Shown here: positions 1-8,160 of the stretch, piece after piece
Numbering within the stretch: the first letter of the stretch is position 1
How the letters are laid out: each line of letters opens with the position of its first letter
Source: an uncultured Chloroflexia bacterium
GTDB taxonomy: Bacteria > Chloroflexota > Chloroflexia > Thermomicrobiales > UBA6265
NCBI GenBank assembly: GCA_963724295.1
Contig: CAVRUC010000007.1
Coordinates: 288,001 to 352,000 of the forward strand
Reading direction: 5' to 3'
DNA: 64,000 bases
The notes under the pieces: generated by a model
What the model was told of the DNA's origin: nothing
Database searches by the model: none
What the model saw: the letters and a program-made list of their open reading frames with translations, nothing else
Made by a program: the position numbers and the translations under genes

Positions 1-288
1 GCGGTGGTGAGCGAGCGCCACAGACGCGTGCCAACAGCCGCGTTGAACAAGATGCTGAAAGAAGCCGTCGCCGCGCACCCGCCGCCGAGCAAACCTGGGA
101 AATGGCTGAAGTTTTTTTATGCGACCCAGGCCGACGTCTCTCCGCCGACCTTCATTCTCTTCATGAATGATCCGACGCAGATCCACTTTTCGTACCGGCG
201 GTACCTGGAAAACAAGCTGCGCGAGACGTTCGGTTTCACCGGTACCGCGATCAGGATGAGTTTCCGCGGGCGGGACGAAGGTCGCTGA
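1..288 (+). CDS. der: Ribosome biogenesis GTPase Der/EngA, C-terminal KH-like domain (5' partial)
   Basis: HPPP..GK.LKFFYATQ..VSPPTFILFMN..IHFSYRRYLENKLRETFGFTGTAIR matches the EngA C-terminus; followed by plsY as is common. Confidence 0.93.
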   Translation, partial: AVVSERHRRVPTAALNKMLKEAVAAHPPPSKPGKWLKFFYATQADVSPPTFILFMNDPTQIHFSYRRYLENKLRETFGFTGTAIRMSFRGRDEGR

Positions 289-289
289 C

Positions 290-907
290 GTGCCGGGCCC
301 GCTGGCCGGCGTGGCACTGGTCGTTGCGTCATTTCTGATTGGTGCGATTCCGTGGGGCTATCTCGTCGGCAAGGCGAGCCGCGGCATCGACCTGCGGGCG
401 GTCGGCAGCGGCGGCACCGGGGCCACCAACGTGCTGCGCGCCATGGGGCCGCGAGCATCGGCTATCGTCGCATTGCTCGATATCCTGAAGGGACTGCTGC
501 CCGTCCTCTTTGCCAGGTCGGCCGGGTTCGACGCGATTTGGGTGGCCACCGCGGCTGTGGCTACGGTCGCCGGGCACTGTTGGTCGCCGTTCATCGGATT
601 CAAGGGTGGGAAAGGTGTCGCTACGGGCGCCGGAGCCGCGATCGCGCTCTTTCCATATGTGCTCGTCATCGTGCCAGTGATGGCCCTCGTGGTCTGGACG
701 ACGAAGTACGTCTCGCTCGGCTCGTTGATCGCCGCCGGATTTGGCTCGCTGCTCGCAGTCGTCTGGGCGGCCGCGGGCAAGCTCGAATGGCCGTTCGCCA
801 TCGCCATTGTGGCCATCGCGGGAATCATCGCGGTTCGCCACGAGGGGAACATTCGGCGTCTCGTGCAGGGTAGCGAGCGGCGGATCGGCGAGACGATCTC
901 GCTCTAA
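290..907 (+). CDS. plsY: Glycerol-3-phosphate acyltransferase PlsY
   Basis: GAIPWG, DLR..GSG.TGATNVLR, GH.WSPF..FKGGKGVAT, KYVSLGS and RH..NI.RL..G.E motifs. Confidence 0.95.
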   Translation: MPGPLAGVALVVASFLIGAIPWGYLVGKASRGIDLRAVGSGGTGATNVLRAMGPRASAIVALLDILKGLLPVLFARSAGFDAIWVATAAVATVAGHCWSPFIGFKGGKGVATGAGAAIALFPYVLVIVPVMALVVWTTKYVSLGSLIAAGFGSLLAVVWAAAGKLEWPFAIAIVAIAGIIAVRHEGNIRRLVQGSERRIGETISL

Positions 908-920
908 TTGAGTGGAGAGC

Positions 921-944
921 GGGCGACGCAGGCGTCGCCCCTAC
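921..944 (-). repeat. GTAG-type REP palindrome (intact copy)
   Basis: GGGCGACGC-AG-GCGTCGCCC followed by CTAC (GTAG on minus strand), between convergent genes; 917-942 is identical to 6140-6165. Confidence 0.85.
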
Positions 945-999
945 AGGGGTGCGGGACCAATTCCCCTCGACAGCGCGTGAGATTCGTCACGACACGCAC

Positions 1000-2008
1000 T
1001 TAGACCGCTCGTCGACTGGCGGCGACCTCATAACCGCCGGGGAATCGCTGTCTCCAGGCCCAGGCCGAGGAGACCATCTCGTCAAGACTCGAGCGCCGCG
1101 GTTGCCAGCCAAGAACTTCCTGCGCCCGCGACGCGTTTGCCACCAGGATGGCCGGGTCACCCGGCCGGCGCTCGGCGTAGATTGTAGGAACCGGGACACC
1201 GGTAACGCGTTCGACGGCGTCGAGGACTTCTCGCACCGACGCGCCTCCCCGCGTACCCAGATTGATGGCACCTAGCAAGGTGCCGCCGGCAACAACATGG
1301 TCGAGAGCCAGTAAATGGGCGTCGATCAGGTCCTCGACGTGAACGTAGTCGCGAATGGCGGTTCCATCGCTCGTCGGAAAGTCCGTGCCGAAGACGGAAA
1401 GTGGTTCGCGCCATCCGGCGGAAGCGTCGAGCGCGCTCGGGATCAGATGGGTCTCCGGCCGGTGATCTTCGCCGACGTCCCCGGAGGCGCCAGCGACATT
1501 GAAATAGCGCAGTGCGGCGTAGGCGAGACCATAGGCCCCGGCATATGACGCGACGGCCCGCTCGGCGGCGAGCTTGGAGGCGCCGTACGGGTTGATCGGC
1601 TCAAGAGGGGCATCTTCGGCGATGGGGACTCTGAGCGGGATTGCCATAGACCGCGGCAGTCGAAGAGAAGACGATCGCCGATACTCCGGCGTCGCGCATG
1701 GCGTCCAGGACGTTGAGCGTGCCCCCGGTGTTGACCCGCCAGTACGGTGCGGGGTCGCGGACTGACTCGGGCGCGATGGTGAGCGCCGCGAAATGGAGCA
1801 CGGCATCCGGGCGGAATTGATGGAGCGTGGAGGTCACGGCGGAGCGATCGCAGATGTCGATCCGCGCCAGCGGCACGCCATCAGGAAGCGCCTGCTCGTG
1901 GCCATTGATCAGGTTGTCGATGACGACAACATCATCTCCCCGCGCGACAAGGCGCGCGACGGCAGTGCTCCCGATGTACCCGGCGCCTCCGGTGACGGCG
2001 ACTCGCAC
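1000..2008 (-). CDS. galE: UDP-glucose 4-epimerase, one +1 frameshift near 1637 (probable sequencing error)
   Basis: GTG start with GGAGG RBS; VTGGAGYIGS, HFAA, FSSTAAVYG in one frame; PINPYGASK, LRYFNVAGA, ETHLIP, DGTAIRDYVHV, RRPGDP in the next frame. Confidence 0.9.
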
Positions 2009-2132
2009 GTTTCCTCCTATCTGCACCCACCTGGGCCGCTTCACGTCCAAGGTCCAGATTGTAGAATCGACGCTGACCGCGCGTTCCCGCTCGACGGACC
2101 GACCGCTACATTGAGCAAGATAGGAGCCACCG

Positions 2133-3398
2133 ATGCTCGAACTGTCGAGAGCGTCCCATCTGGACACTGATGCCGACGTCGCCGGGGCGATCGCGCGTGA
2201 GGAGGGCCGCCAGCGTGATGGGGTAGAGCTGATCGCCTCGGAGAATTTTGTCAGTGGCGCGGTTCTGGAGGCGGTTGGCAGCGTACTGACGAACAAATAC
2301 GCCGAAGGGTATCCGGGGAAGCGGTACTACGGAGGCTGCGAATTCGTCGACGAGGTGGAGCGCCTGGCCATCGAACGAGCGAAGCAATTATTCGGCGCCG
2401 GCCACGCCAACGTGCAACCACATTCCGGCTCGAACGCAAATCTCGCGGCCTACCTCTCATTTCTGGAACCCGGAGACCGGATCCTGGGGCTCAGCTTGGC
2501 GGAAGGCGGTCATCTCACGCACGGCCACGCGGTGAACTACTCGGGACGGCTATTCGAGCCTCATTTCTTCGGGGTCGACGTTACCACCGGCTTGATCGAT
2601 TACGACGAGGTGGCGAGGCGGGCGCAGGAGGTGCGGCCGCGGGCGATCATCGCCGGCGCCAGCGCGTACAGCCGGCAGCTGGACTACGCGCGTTTTCGGG
2701 CGATCGCCGACGACGTGGGCGCGTACCTCTTCGCCGACATCGCACACCCGGCAGGTCTGGTGGCATCGGGATTGCACCCGAGCCCCATCCCGCACGCGCA
2801 CGTCACCATGACGACGACACACAAGACGCTGCGCGGTCCGCGGGGCGGCATGATCCTGTGTGCCGAAGAACACGCCAAGGCGATCGACAAGTCAGTCTTC
2901 CCGGGTCTGCAAGGCGGTCCGTTGATGCACGTGATCGCCGGCAAGGCGGTTGCGCTGGGCGAGGCGCTTTCTCCAGCGTTCCGCGACTACTCCGCGCGGA
3001 TCATCGAGAACGCGCGGGCGATGGCCGCGGAGCTCGCGGAGCGCGGTCTGCCGATCATCTCGGGAGGGACGGACACGCACTTGATGCTGGTCGACGTGGG
3101 AGCGAGAGGTCTCAGCGGGAGCAAGGCCGAAAAACTGCTCGACCACGTCGGAATCACCTGCAACAAGAACACGATCCCGGGAGATACCCGTTCACCGGCG
3201 CAGGCGAGCGGGATTCGCCTGGGAACTCCGGCGGTGACGACGCGCGGGTTCGGGCCCGAGGAATGCCGGGTGGTGGCTGGTTACATCGCCGACATCCTGG
3301 AAGCGCCCGAAGACGAGACCGTTCAGGCTCGGATCGCGGAAGACGTGCGGGGAATGATGGAGCGTTTCTCGCTGCCGGGAGTGCCTCGTCTGAACTGA
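2133..3398 (+). CDS. glyA: Serine hydroxymethyltransferase
   Basis: [57 protein letters not shown]. Confidence 0.98.
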   Translation: MLELSRASHLDTDADVAGAIAREEGRQRDGVELIASENFVSGAVLEAVGSVLTNKYAEGYPGKRYYGGCEFVDEVERLAIERAKQLFGAGHANVQPHSGSNANLAAYLSFLEPGDRILGLSLAEGGHLTHGHAVNYSGRLFEPHFFGVDVTTGLIDYDEVARRAQEVRPRAIIAGASAYSRQLDYARFRAIADDVGAYLFADIAHPAGLVASGLHPSPIPHAHVTMTTTHKTLRGPRGGMILCAEEHAKAIDKSVFPGLQGGPLMHVIAGKAVALGEALSPAFRDYSARIIENARAMAAELAERGLPIISGGTDTHLMLVDVGARGLSGSKAEKLLDHVGITCNKNTIPGDTRSPAQASGIRLGTPAVTTRGFGPEECRVVAGYIADILEAPEDETVQARIAEDVRGMMERFSLPGVPRLN

Positions 3399-3416
3399 GA
3401 GGGAGCGCACGGTGAA

Positions 3417-3440
3417 GGGCACGGCATGCCGTGCCCCTAC
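3417..3440 (-). repeat. GTAG-type REP palindrome (sequence variant)
   Basis: Perfect 20-bp palindrome GGGCACGGCATGCCGTGCCC followed by CTAC, just after the glyA stop. Confidence 0.8.
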
Positions 3441-3544
3441 CAGGCCGCGGCGGGCTGCAATCGTCTCGTGGCCGTCCGTTGTTGCTTTGGTGCAGTCAGG
3501 CGACCGGCAAGCAGGGTGATGATCAGCTCACAGACCCTGAGGAG

Positions 3545-3802
3545 TCACTGCAGGAGCAGCTCGAACCTGAGCTGATCGTGCTCCGACGAGGCGAGTCTTC
3601 GATTTACCAGGTGGTAGAGCCCGACGAGGAAGCCACGAGTGTGGGGACTCAAGGCGGTGCCGACGACGGCGCCCGCGAGCCCACCAACAAGCGTGCCAAG
3701 GATGAATGGGCCGACGCGAGAGCCGGCGGGCCCCTGAGTGGCCGTCGTTGCCGGATCTAGCGGCGAACTCGAATCGGATGGCTGGTCAATGTGTCTCAGC
3801 AC
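3545..3802 (-). CDS. Small membrane-anchored protein, YtxH-like N-terminal motif
   Basis: FILGTLVGGLAGAVVGTALSP glycine-rich TM helix; directly downstream of rsfS on the same strand. Confidence 0.55.
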   Translation of the reverse strand: MLRHIDQPSDSSSPLDPATTATQGPAGSRVGPFILGTLVGGLAGAVVGTALSPHTRGFLVGLYHLVNRRLASSEHDQLRFELLLQ

Positions 3803-3843
3803 CTGCTCACACTCCCGAAACCGCGGCGCGGGTCACCGTCGAC

Positions 3844-4245
3844 TCACTGAATGGCCAGAAGCGTCGGCGCCTCGGCCCATAGATCTTCCAGGCGGTAGAA
3901 GTCCCGCTGGTCCTCGGAGAAGATGTGGACGAGCACGTCCCCGAAGTCGAGCACGATCCAGCCGCTGGTGGCAGCGCCTTCGACGCGCTGGGGGCGAATA
4001 CCGGCGTCGGCCATGCGCTCGGCGACGGTGCGATTGATGGCGCGCAGCTGACGCTCGTTGGCGCCGGCCGTGATCACGAAGTAGTCGGCAAACGGTGATA
4101 GCTCGTGGATGTCGAGCACGACGGTATCGCGAGCCGGTGTGTCGCTGATGATGTCCGCCAGGAGCAGGGCTCGCTCTCGCCCCGCTTCAGGCGTTGCGGT
4201 GCTGCCGGCTGTTCCGACCCCCTCGAGTTCGACCTCTGGCGACAC
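3844..4245 (-). CDS. rsfS: Ribosome silencing factor RsfS (Iojap)
   Basis: VVLDI..LS.FADYFVI, NERQ..AI, EG....GWIVLDFGDVLVHIF...RDFYRLEDLW. Confidence 0.95.
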   Translation of the reverse strand: MSPEVELEGVGTAGSTATPEAGRERALLLADIISDTPARDTVVLDIHELSPFADYFVITAGANERQLRAINRTVAERMADAGIRPQRVEGAATSGWIVLDFGDVLVHIFSEDQRDFYRLEDLWAEAPTLLAIQ

Positions 4246-4282
4246 CCGTTGCTCCTGAAATAGCCGCGAGACTGGCGAAACG

Positions 4283-4357
4283 TGGTGGGCCCGGCAGGGA
4301 TCGAACCTGCGACCCTGGGGTTATGAGCCCCGTGCTCTACCACTGAGCTACAGGCCC
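4283..4357 (-). tRNA. tRNA with CAT anticodon, probably tRNA-Ile2 (lysidine) rather than Met
   Basis: Minus strand GGGCCTGTAGCTCAGTGGTAGAGCA..CTCATAA..GGTTCGATCCC..GGGCCCACCA; G1:C72 paired (not initiator); C4:G69 and C5:G68 are the TilS-type determinants; CCA encoded. Confidence 0.9.
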
Positions 4358-4444
4358 ACGGCTGACGGTGACGCTCCACTGCACATGCGGTCGACGAATG
4401 ACGCGGCCGGGGCACATCGGCCGTCATCCGCACGGCACGGCTGA

Positions 4445-4450
4445 ATTGTA
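4445..4450 (-). promoter_or_regulatory. Possible -10 box (TACAAT) for the CAT tRNA
   Basis: TACAAT on minus strand about 90 nt upstream of the tRNA; no convincing -35. Confidence 0.3.
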
Positions 4451-4532
4451 CAGAAGTTGTGTCAGCCGGCATCGGCTATTGGTTACTGGCTATCGGTAGT
4501 TCGGGAGCTGGGTCATGGGGGGTGGGCCGATC

Positions 4533-4985
4533 TTACTGAACTTCTGAGGGATCGGGGTGGCCGGGAAGTTCGACGGCGCTCGCAGTGGACGACCAGACCC
4601 AACGACCGCCTGCGACCCGCTCCTTGCCAATGCGCACGCCTTCGAGCTTTCGGGCGGCATAGAGAAGATCGCGACCGAGACCGGCTTCGCTGGCCTCGCG
4701 CAAGATTTCTCGGCCGGGGCGGGGGCCCTCGGCGAGGGCGGCGCGCAGCCACTCCTGGGACTCGGTGAGGAGCGAGCGCGGCGCGACTCCGGGGGCAGAT
4801 TCGCGCAGCAACTGGTCTCCCTTCCAGTCACTCTCGCCGTCCCAAACGACGCGGGCAACGTGGCTATCGGTAGCAGCTAAGGCGGAATGCCAGCGAGGGC
4901 GGGGGGCGGCCCAGGTTGTCTTTGGTCGAGGCCAGAATGCGGCGCTCGGGATTGTCGGGATCGGCGGCGAGGTCAACGGCGAGGG
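4533..4985 (-). pseudogene. C-terminal remnant of a phage/plasmid-type AAA (RepA/AAA_25-like) helicase
   Basis: LAADPDNPERRILASTKDNLG.PPPSLAFRL, then after a frameshift near 4878 VARVVWDGES..DQLL..EWLRAALAEGPRP..EASEAGLG..LYAARKLEGV..GGRWVW; no Walker A or N-terminus present. Confidence 0.65.
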
Positions 4986-5119
4986 ATATGACCGGTGGCG
5001 GCTCAATTTGCCTTCGTTTGAGGGGCTTCGTGGAATATTCCGTGGAACGAGAGCGGGTGCGGCCAGCGGCAGCCACCGGCATCGAGCGAAATTCGGCAAG
5101 GTTGCGTGGGTTTCAGGGG

Positions 5120-5192
5120 AGCGGGGGACGAGACTCGAACTCGCGACAGCCTGCTTGGAAGGCAGGTACTCTACCAACTGAGTTACCCCCGC
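5120..5192 (-). tRNA. tRNA-Gly (TCC)
   Basis: GCGGGGGTAACTCAGTTGGTAGAGTA-CCTGC-CTTCCAA-GCAGG..GTTCGAGTC..CCCCCGC-T; U73 discriminator; followed by CCC, not CCA. Confidence 0.95.
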
Positions 5193-5426
5193 GTTGGTCC
5201 CAGTTAGTGTACGCGTGGCCTGGTTTGGGCGGCAACTGCTGCCGACCGCCGAGCCTGGCGGTGTGCTGGGCGCACCCTGCTGACGCTGACAGTGGATCCT
5301 TGCCGGTACGGCACTTGCGTGTACGGACACCGCGAGGCAATCGCGCTATCGCAGGTTGGTAGTACCCGCAATGCTTCCGGCGCTTCGTTTGGGAAGGGTT
5401 GTCACGGGCTAGATCGAACGGTATTC

Positions 5427-5810
5427 ATGCAGCGTCGTTCCTTGTTTCGCGCCCTGATTGGTGGGGCGCTGGGAGTCTTCGGTAGTCCAGCTCGCGAGGC
5501 ACGCGGGGAAGAGTGGATCATCTCGACCATCTACGATGCGGCCGGCAGACACGGCGTTTCGGGGGACTGGCTGCTCAATACCGCCGTTTGCGAGAGTCAG
5601 CTCGACCCCTGGGCCTACAACGAAATGACCGGCGACGTCGGCCTCTTTCAGTTCAAGCCTTCAACCTGGGCGGAGTGGGGGGCGGATCCGTCCGCCATCT
5701 GGGATGTCTGGAGTCAAGCCGACATGGCGGCCTGGGCGTTTTCGGTCGGCTTGCATTCCCACTGGTGCTGCTCGGGAACGTGGCAAGGCGAAGAATGCAT
5801 CTGGCGGTGA
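5427..5810 (+). CDS. Tat-exported lysozyme-like / SLT transglycosylase domain protein
   Basis: MQRRSLF twin-arginine signal; I.DAA..HGV...L...A.CES (catalytic Glu), GLFQF.PSTW motif. Confidence 0.75.
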   Translation: MQRRSLFRALIGGALGVFGSPAREARGEEWIISTIYDAAGRHGVSGDWLLNTAVCESQLDPWAYNEMTGDVGLFQFKPSTWAEWGADPSAIWDVWSQADMAAWAFSVGLHSHWCCSGTWQGEECIWR

Positions 5811-5998
5811 CCAGGGCCAGAGATTCCGGGTGTTCAGAGCTTGACGGATGCGCCGCCGGAGGCTCTCGTACGGGCGATGAGCGCAGGTTTCAGGTCGGTA
5901 CGAGTGTGCGCAAGTAACGACGAGAGTCCTCGCAGGCTGCTATGAAAAACTCGCCGAAAAACCCGAACGGACGCGGAACGGGTTTTCATGCCGTGGTG

Positions 5999-6106
5999 AT
6001 GCCCCACCGGGGCATGCTACTCGGAATGACACGTCTCCCGCGGCAGGCTCGGAATGACGGGTCTCGCGCGGCGCGCTCGACGTTTGTGGTTTGACGTCAT
6101 GCTCAG
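5999..6106. repeat. Cluster of short palindromes and repeats, CGTC/GTCATTCCG-type REP-like fragments
   Basis: Hairpin ATGCCCC-ACC-GGGGCAT (5999-6015); CTCGGAATGAC twice (6020-6030, 6048-6058); imperfect inverted partner GTCATGCTCAG (6096-6106). Confidence 0.5.
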
Positions 6107-6143
6107 CGGATGGCGCAGACCGAAACGTCACCCAAGGTGGAGC

Positions 6144-6165
6144 GGGCGACGCAGGCGTCGCCCCT
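6144..6165 (-). repeat. GTAG-type REP interrupted at its CT by the IS110 element
   Basis: Identical to the 921 REP up to ...GCCCCT, then TGTAAG in place of AC; CTAC reappears at 7187-7190. Confidence 0.85.
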
Positions 6166-6330
6166 TGTAAGTTAGGCATGGAGCTCACGCCCGCGTCGCC
6201 CCTGGGGCCACACGCCCGTTGCGTAGACCGGGGAACTCCGGCGGGCCGGCGCGGCCACCGGACAGTGTCGAGGTCTGCGACGGCCGCTTCACACAAGGCC
6301 GGTGCGCGTCGCCCGACGGGAGATCGGCTC
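6166..6330 (+). ncRNA. Candidate bridge RNA of the IS110 element
   Basis: Two stem-loops with internal loops: GCGTCGCCCCT (6193-6203) equals the left target, GCGTAG (6221-6226) is the reverse complement of the right target, ACAGTGTC (6262-6269) and ACAAG (6293-6297) are donor guides inside a CACCGG/CCGGTG stem; transcript ends not determined. Confidence 0.8.
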
Positions 6331-6367
6331 CATTGTCCCATCCGTGTCCGTGCAAGGAGGATCTCCG

Positions 6368-7186
6368 ATGTTCATCGGTATCGATGTTGGCGCCAAGCAC
6401 CTAGATGCGGCCGCGGCCACCGCGCGAGACGGCGCGGCTGCCAGCGGCGCGTGCCCAATACGGCCGAGGGCATCACCACGCTCGTCGCGGCCTCAGCGAC
6501 CTCATGCCGCACGCTGGTCGTGCTGGAAGCGACCGGCACCTACCACCGGCCCCTCCTGGCGGCCTGCTGCTCGCGCAGCTGCCGGTCGCCGTCGTCAATC
6601 CCGCGCAGGTGGCCGCCTTCCGCACCAGCCGGCTGGGTCGCCACAAGACCGATCGCGCCGATGCGCAGTTGCTGGCCCGCTTCGCCGCGCTGCATCAGGC
6701 GGAGCTGCGCCGGGCCACGCCGGATGAGCCAGACTTGGCGCGGTTGCGTGCCCTGGTCGGCTATCGGGACGATCTGGTCGCGCGGCGCACGGCCATGCGC
6801 AACCAGCAGCATGCCGCGCAGTGGGCCGGGGAAGCGGCGGTGGTGACCTGGCTGGCGGCCGACCTGACGGCCATCGCGGCGCGCCTGACCGAGGTGGAGC
6901 AGGCGATTGCGGATCTGCTGGCGACGCGGTCCGAGACGGCGGCGCTGCACGGCCCAGGTCGGCGTCGGGCTCATGACCGCCGCTGCGGTGCTGGCCTATC
7001 TGCAGGCTGGGGTGCTGGGCAATCCCAAGGCGGCAGCGGCCTATGCCGGCGTCCATCCCCGCCATGAGCAGTCCGGGCAACGGGACCGCAGTCGCCTCAG
7101 CAAGCAGGGCTGTCCTGCCTTGCGCCGCTATCTCTATCTGGCGGCCCTGGCGGCCATCCGCTGGGACCCCGAGATCGCGGCCTGGC
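6368..7186 (+). pseudogene. IS110 DEDD recombinase/transposase, at least 3 frameshifts and 3' truncation
   Basis: AAGGAGG RBS; MFIGIDV, VVLEATG.Y, VVNP.QV, KTDRADA, GVG..TA, AYAG..P...QSG, SKQG..LRRYLY motifs spread across frames; homology ends at DPEIAAW. Confidence 0.9.
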
Positions 7187-7189
7187 CTA

Positions 7190-7249
7190 CGCGAGTCGGA
7201 CACGTTGTCCACGTCCGCCCGCGAGTCGGACGCGTTGTCCACGTCCGCC
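7190..7249 (+). repeat. Tandem duplication, 2 x 30 bp
   Basis: CGCGAGTCGGAC(A/G)CGTTGTCCACGTCCGCC twice with one mismatch. Confidence 0.9.
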
Positions 7250-7351
7250 TTTGAGCATGGGGCGGGTCAAGCGCCTGGCGCGGTCAGCGCGACAGGCTGG
7301 AATCGGCTGGCTATCTCGTTGGTCTGCCTAACGGTCGTAGAGGCAGGTAGC

Positions 7352-8101
7352 TCAGGGGCGAGCCGGTGGCTTGGGGCCAGAGTCAGCGCCTCGGGGTGAG
7401 AGCGCTTCGAGCAGCATCGGCTCGAGCAGTCCCCGGTCGCGCAGGGTCTTGACCAGGCGGTGGCCGCCCCGGTCGTGCTCGTGGATCTCGACGCCGCCAC
7501 GGCCGGCGACGCGGTGGGCGTGGAACAGGTCGAGTGAATCGTCGGTACTGACGTGGATCTGGAAGCGGGTCTTGCCCGCGTCCTGGGGCAGAACGTCGAG
7601 GAGATCGAGTGTGTCGGAACGACCCGCTATAGCCTCGTGCAGGGCATCGATCTGCTCCGGCCAGCGCGAGTCTCCGGCTAGCCGGCGGTTCTCGGCGTCG
7701 ATAAAGGTCTGCGGCGAAAAGGCGATGACTTCTTCGGCGCCACACCAGGCGCCAAAGAGGAGCGCGGCGAACCCTCCGGCGGAGGCGCCGGCCATCACGA
7801 CTCGTTCCACGGAAGCCCGCTCGATTGCCGCTCTGAGGAAGGCGCGCACCTCGGCGGCCGAATCCCCGACGCCGGGGATGCCACGCTGATACCAGCCCCG
7901 GCGGGGATCACGCAGAAACGCCTTCTTCGCCGGAAACCCGGCGGTGAGCCGGAAAAACTCGAAGACCGGCATGCTGACGCCGCCGGCGATACCGCCAAAT
8001 AGCACCAACAGCGTTGAACTGCGGGTCTCGAGGTCGAGCACGACGTGAGCGCCGGGATGCGAGAGGAGCGAATCAAAGTCGCCACTGAGCACGTCGGACA
8101 T
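7352..8101 (-). CDS. Alpha/beta-hydrolase-fold protein
   Basis: LVLFGG, FLRD....WY..G, nucleophile elbow GASAGGFAAL, AFSPQT, late GGH. Confidence 0.7.
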   Translation of the reverse strand: MSDVLSGDFDSLLSHPGAHVVLDLETRSSTLLVLFGGIAGGVSMPVFEFFRLTAGFPAKKAFLRDPRRGWYQRGIPGVGDSAAEVRAFLRAAIERASVERVVMAGASAGGFAALLFGAWCGAEEVIAFSPQTFIDAENRRLAGDSRWPEQIDALHEAIAGRSDTLDLLDVLPQDAGKTRFQIHVSTDDSLDLFHAHRVAGRGGVEIHEHDRGGHRLVKTLRDRGLLEPMLLEALSPRGADSGPKPPARP

Positions 8102-8160
8102 CAGGATCTGGAGAATCGAGCGAGCATTTGGGGAGCAGGGCGGTGAGGGAGACGGCGCAC

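Larger units (their letters stand above)
6164..7188 (+). mobile_element. IS110-family (IS621-like) insertion sequence, right end missing
   Basis: Bounded by CT at 6164-6165 and 7187-7188; about 200-nt non-coding left end plus DEDD recombinase gene; no terminal inverted repeats or long target duplication. Confidence 0.85.

Noticed and set aside
4283..4357. Initiator tRNA-fMet
   Set aside because: Position 1:72 is a G:C pair rather than the C:A mismatch, and the acceptor stem fits Ile2.
5193..5426. c-di-AMP (ydaO) riboswitch ahead of the SLT gene
   Set aside because: Conserved GCTGAATCC / GGGGAACC / GTCAGCTAACC-type segments not found.
6440..6960. Programmed frameshifting in the IS110 gene
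   Set aside because: At least three shifts in mixed directions with no slippery heptamer; IS110 recombinases are single ORFs.
7190..7249. Possible mini CRISPR array
   Set aside because: Two units are directly adjacent with no spacer, and there are no cas genes in the window.
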